Part shown: piece by piece, positions 60,204 through 64,000 of the stretch
How the letters are laid out: every line of letters starts with the position of its first letter
Numbering within the stretch: the stretch's first letter is position 1
Assembly: GCF_009914755.1 (NCBI RefSeq)
Contig: NC_060940.1
Length of the DNA stretch: 64,000 bases
Source of the DNA: the human T2T-CHM13v2.0 reference genome, Homo sapiens
Strand: one strand, 5' to 3'
Made by a program: the position numbers and the translations under genes
Notes under the pieces: model-generated
Database searches by the model: none
The model's input: the letters and a program-made list of their open reading frames with translations, nothing else
What the model was told of the DNA's origin: nothing

Positions 60204-60959
60204 GAACAGCTCAGAGGCTGCATGTGGGTGGCCCGCCCTTGGCTCTAATAGGGTCTCTGGCTATGGAAAGCAGGCTTGGGCCTCTCAAGAGGCTGGGGGC
60301 CGTCCTTATGGGCTGTGCTCTCATGTCCCCTGCAATGCATCTCCCCCACCAGCCTGCCTGGCCTGGGCACATTGATTGTTGGGCAACTGTCACTGTGGCT
60401 GCTGTCACCTCCCCCGAGGTTCTCCCCATTAACCAGCTGGCTGCACTCCTCGTTAGACCCTGCCAACTGGGGCCTCCGAAGGGGCACAGAGCCAGCAAGT
60501 TTGTCCCTCCTGCCATCTGCTGGGAAGGGCCAGAGAGCTGGCCCCTCCTTCCTTCCACAATCAAACATGGAGGTGGCAAGGAAGTCTCCAGAGCCTGGGC
60601 TTGAAGTTTCGAGTCCTGGCTTGGGATCCAGTGTCTGCACATCCCACAGGAAGGCCGGAGACAGGGAGGAGCCTGGTGGGAAGACATTGTCAGGGAGGGC
60701 GAATTATAAATGAAGAGATGCGGCTGGCACCAATCAGATGGGCGGTGCGGGAATGGGAAGCACCAGGTGCCAGCAGCAGGTGGATAGGCAGCTCCAGTGC
60801 ACCTGGCGGGCAGGTGCAGCCCCCTCAAATGCCGCCTGGCCATGGATGGTGGAGATTGCTGGGTCACAAGCCATCCCAGCACAACCTCCTGGCGTTGCGT
60901 TCTTTCTTCCTTAATAGCATCCTGTAAATGTTCATTAATGAGGGCCTGACTGGGCAAAA

Positions 60960-61850
<891 letters not shown>

Positions 61851-61951
61851 ATTCTGATGATGGTGGTGATGGTGACAATAGTGTGTGATAATGATGATGA
61901 TAGTGACGATCATGGTAATGATGAAAATAATCAGTACAACTATCAAAGATT

Positions 61952-62312
<361 letters not shown>

Positions 62313-62667
62313 CTACCAAAGATCATCATTGTTGGCTGCACTTGTGGTTTCAGGCAGGTAGCCTTGGCGAGTTTGTTCATACCTCATGATCATTGGAGCT
62401 GAGATTTGCAAACTGCTCAGTGCAGCCCTGACTCCCTGTGAGTCAAAAGCCACTTCTCACCTCACCAGGAGCTGTGGTGTTTGTTGGGTGTCAATGTACG
62501 ACTTTAGTTGTTGTTGTTTTAAAGTTCTACTGTGTGTTTTTTTAAAGGACCAGTGAAATTTGAAAATAGCCAAGGAAAAGAAAACTGGTTCCCACAATCA
62601 CAGACACCACCATGGAACACACCAAGGCAATTTCTTCATTATAAAAATTTTATTATGAAGAGACAGG

Positions 62668-63045
<378 letters not shown>

Positions 63046-63349
63046 TCAGCCTCCCAAAGTGCTTGGATCACAGGCATGAGTCGCCGCACCTGGCCAACAC
63101 GGGGGCAGTTTTTGATGCAATGTCTGCAGTGGCTGGAGGGAGCTGGGCTCCTGCTCACATCATGCTTTGTGCTTCGGTTGCTCCCACTTCAGGGCTGCAC
63201 TCACCCTCCCTCAGCAAACCTCAGACTTGGAAGAGGCTACCATGAGGGTGTGTGGCTTGGTTTAGACCTTGTTGACAAAGAAGTCAGTTAATCCCAAGTT
63301 CAGTAACTAATAAACATCAGCACATGGTAACACACAGTCTAACTACTAG

Positions 63350-63530
<181 letters not shown>

Positions 63531-63654
63531 TCTGTGAGTCAGCACAGGGAATCTTACCATGGACGCTGCCGGGAGATGCAGGGCCACTCAGGTGTGCACG
63601 TACACTGGATTCAAATACAGGCAGCAGACATAGACAACGATGCCGGGAGAGGGG

Positions 63655-64000
63655 CGGCTGGCAGAAGAATGGCCCCAAAGATGCCTGTGTTTTCATCCCC
63701 AGGGGGAGCCTGTGAAGGCGCAGCCTCATGCAGCAGAGGGGAGTTAAGGCTGCAGGGGAAGTTGAGGTTGCTCATCAGCTGACCCAAGATACAGAGATTA
63801 CCCTGGATCATCCTGGTGGGCACAGCATAATCACAAAGTTCTTATCAGTGGAAGAGGGGTCAGGAAGAATACCAGAGAGGTGGGATGGGAGGACTCAATG
63901 GGCTTTGAAGATGGGGGGGTGCCATGAGCCAAGGAACGGGGAGGCTTCCAGAATAAGCAGCTGGTTCTCCTCAGGAGCTCCCAGCTGGGGCCAGCCCTGC
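63655..64000 (+). mobile_element. MLT1-type MaLR LTR (MLT1D-like)
   Basis: aatggccccaaagatg...catcagctgacc...gagattaccctggatcatcc..taatcacaa...ggctttgaagatgg...gccatgagccaagga. Confidence 0.8.

Noticed and set aside
61855-61925. TGATAA/TGATAG motifs in a (TGA/TGG)n stretch
   Set aside because: Degenerate trinucleotide microsatellite among repeats; motifs likely incidental

Overview
Human (primate) GC-rich euchromatic DNA covering most of ZFPM1 (FOG1, Friend of GATA-1; chr16q24.2) on the + strand. Coding exons 2-10 can be read directly with canonical AG/GT borders: 4027-4131, 7119-7241, 32456-32589, 44859-44961, 46077-46283, 50045-50278, 50660-50755, 50835-50981 and 51194-53019. Exon 1, which carries the NuRD-binding MSRRKQ motif, lies upstream of the window. 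The allele encodes about 1004 aa and reads DRN...ARAAPQN where I recall DRK...ARAEPLAQN in the reference protein. The introns hold more than a dozen compact GATA-motif clusters, many with CpG-containing CGATAR variants. They also hold many minisatellites, including a 50/51-bp VNTR in which nearly every unit is an E-box plus GATA composite, and a 4-kb (GGAT)n tract with hidden higher-order periodicity. Alu, MIR, L2, L1 and LTR relics are scattered throughout and are dense after the 3' end. No prokaryotic systems, CRISPR arrays or structured RNA genes are evident. Almost all entries in the ORF track are GC or repeat artefacts. The most promising leads are a copy-number-variable GATA/E-box enhancer array inside the gene for the GATA cofactor itself, and several candidate isoform switches (poison or terminal exons, an internal promoter, alternative polyadenylation).
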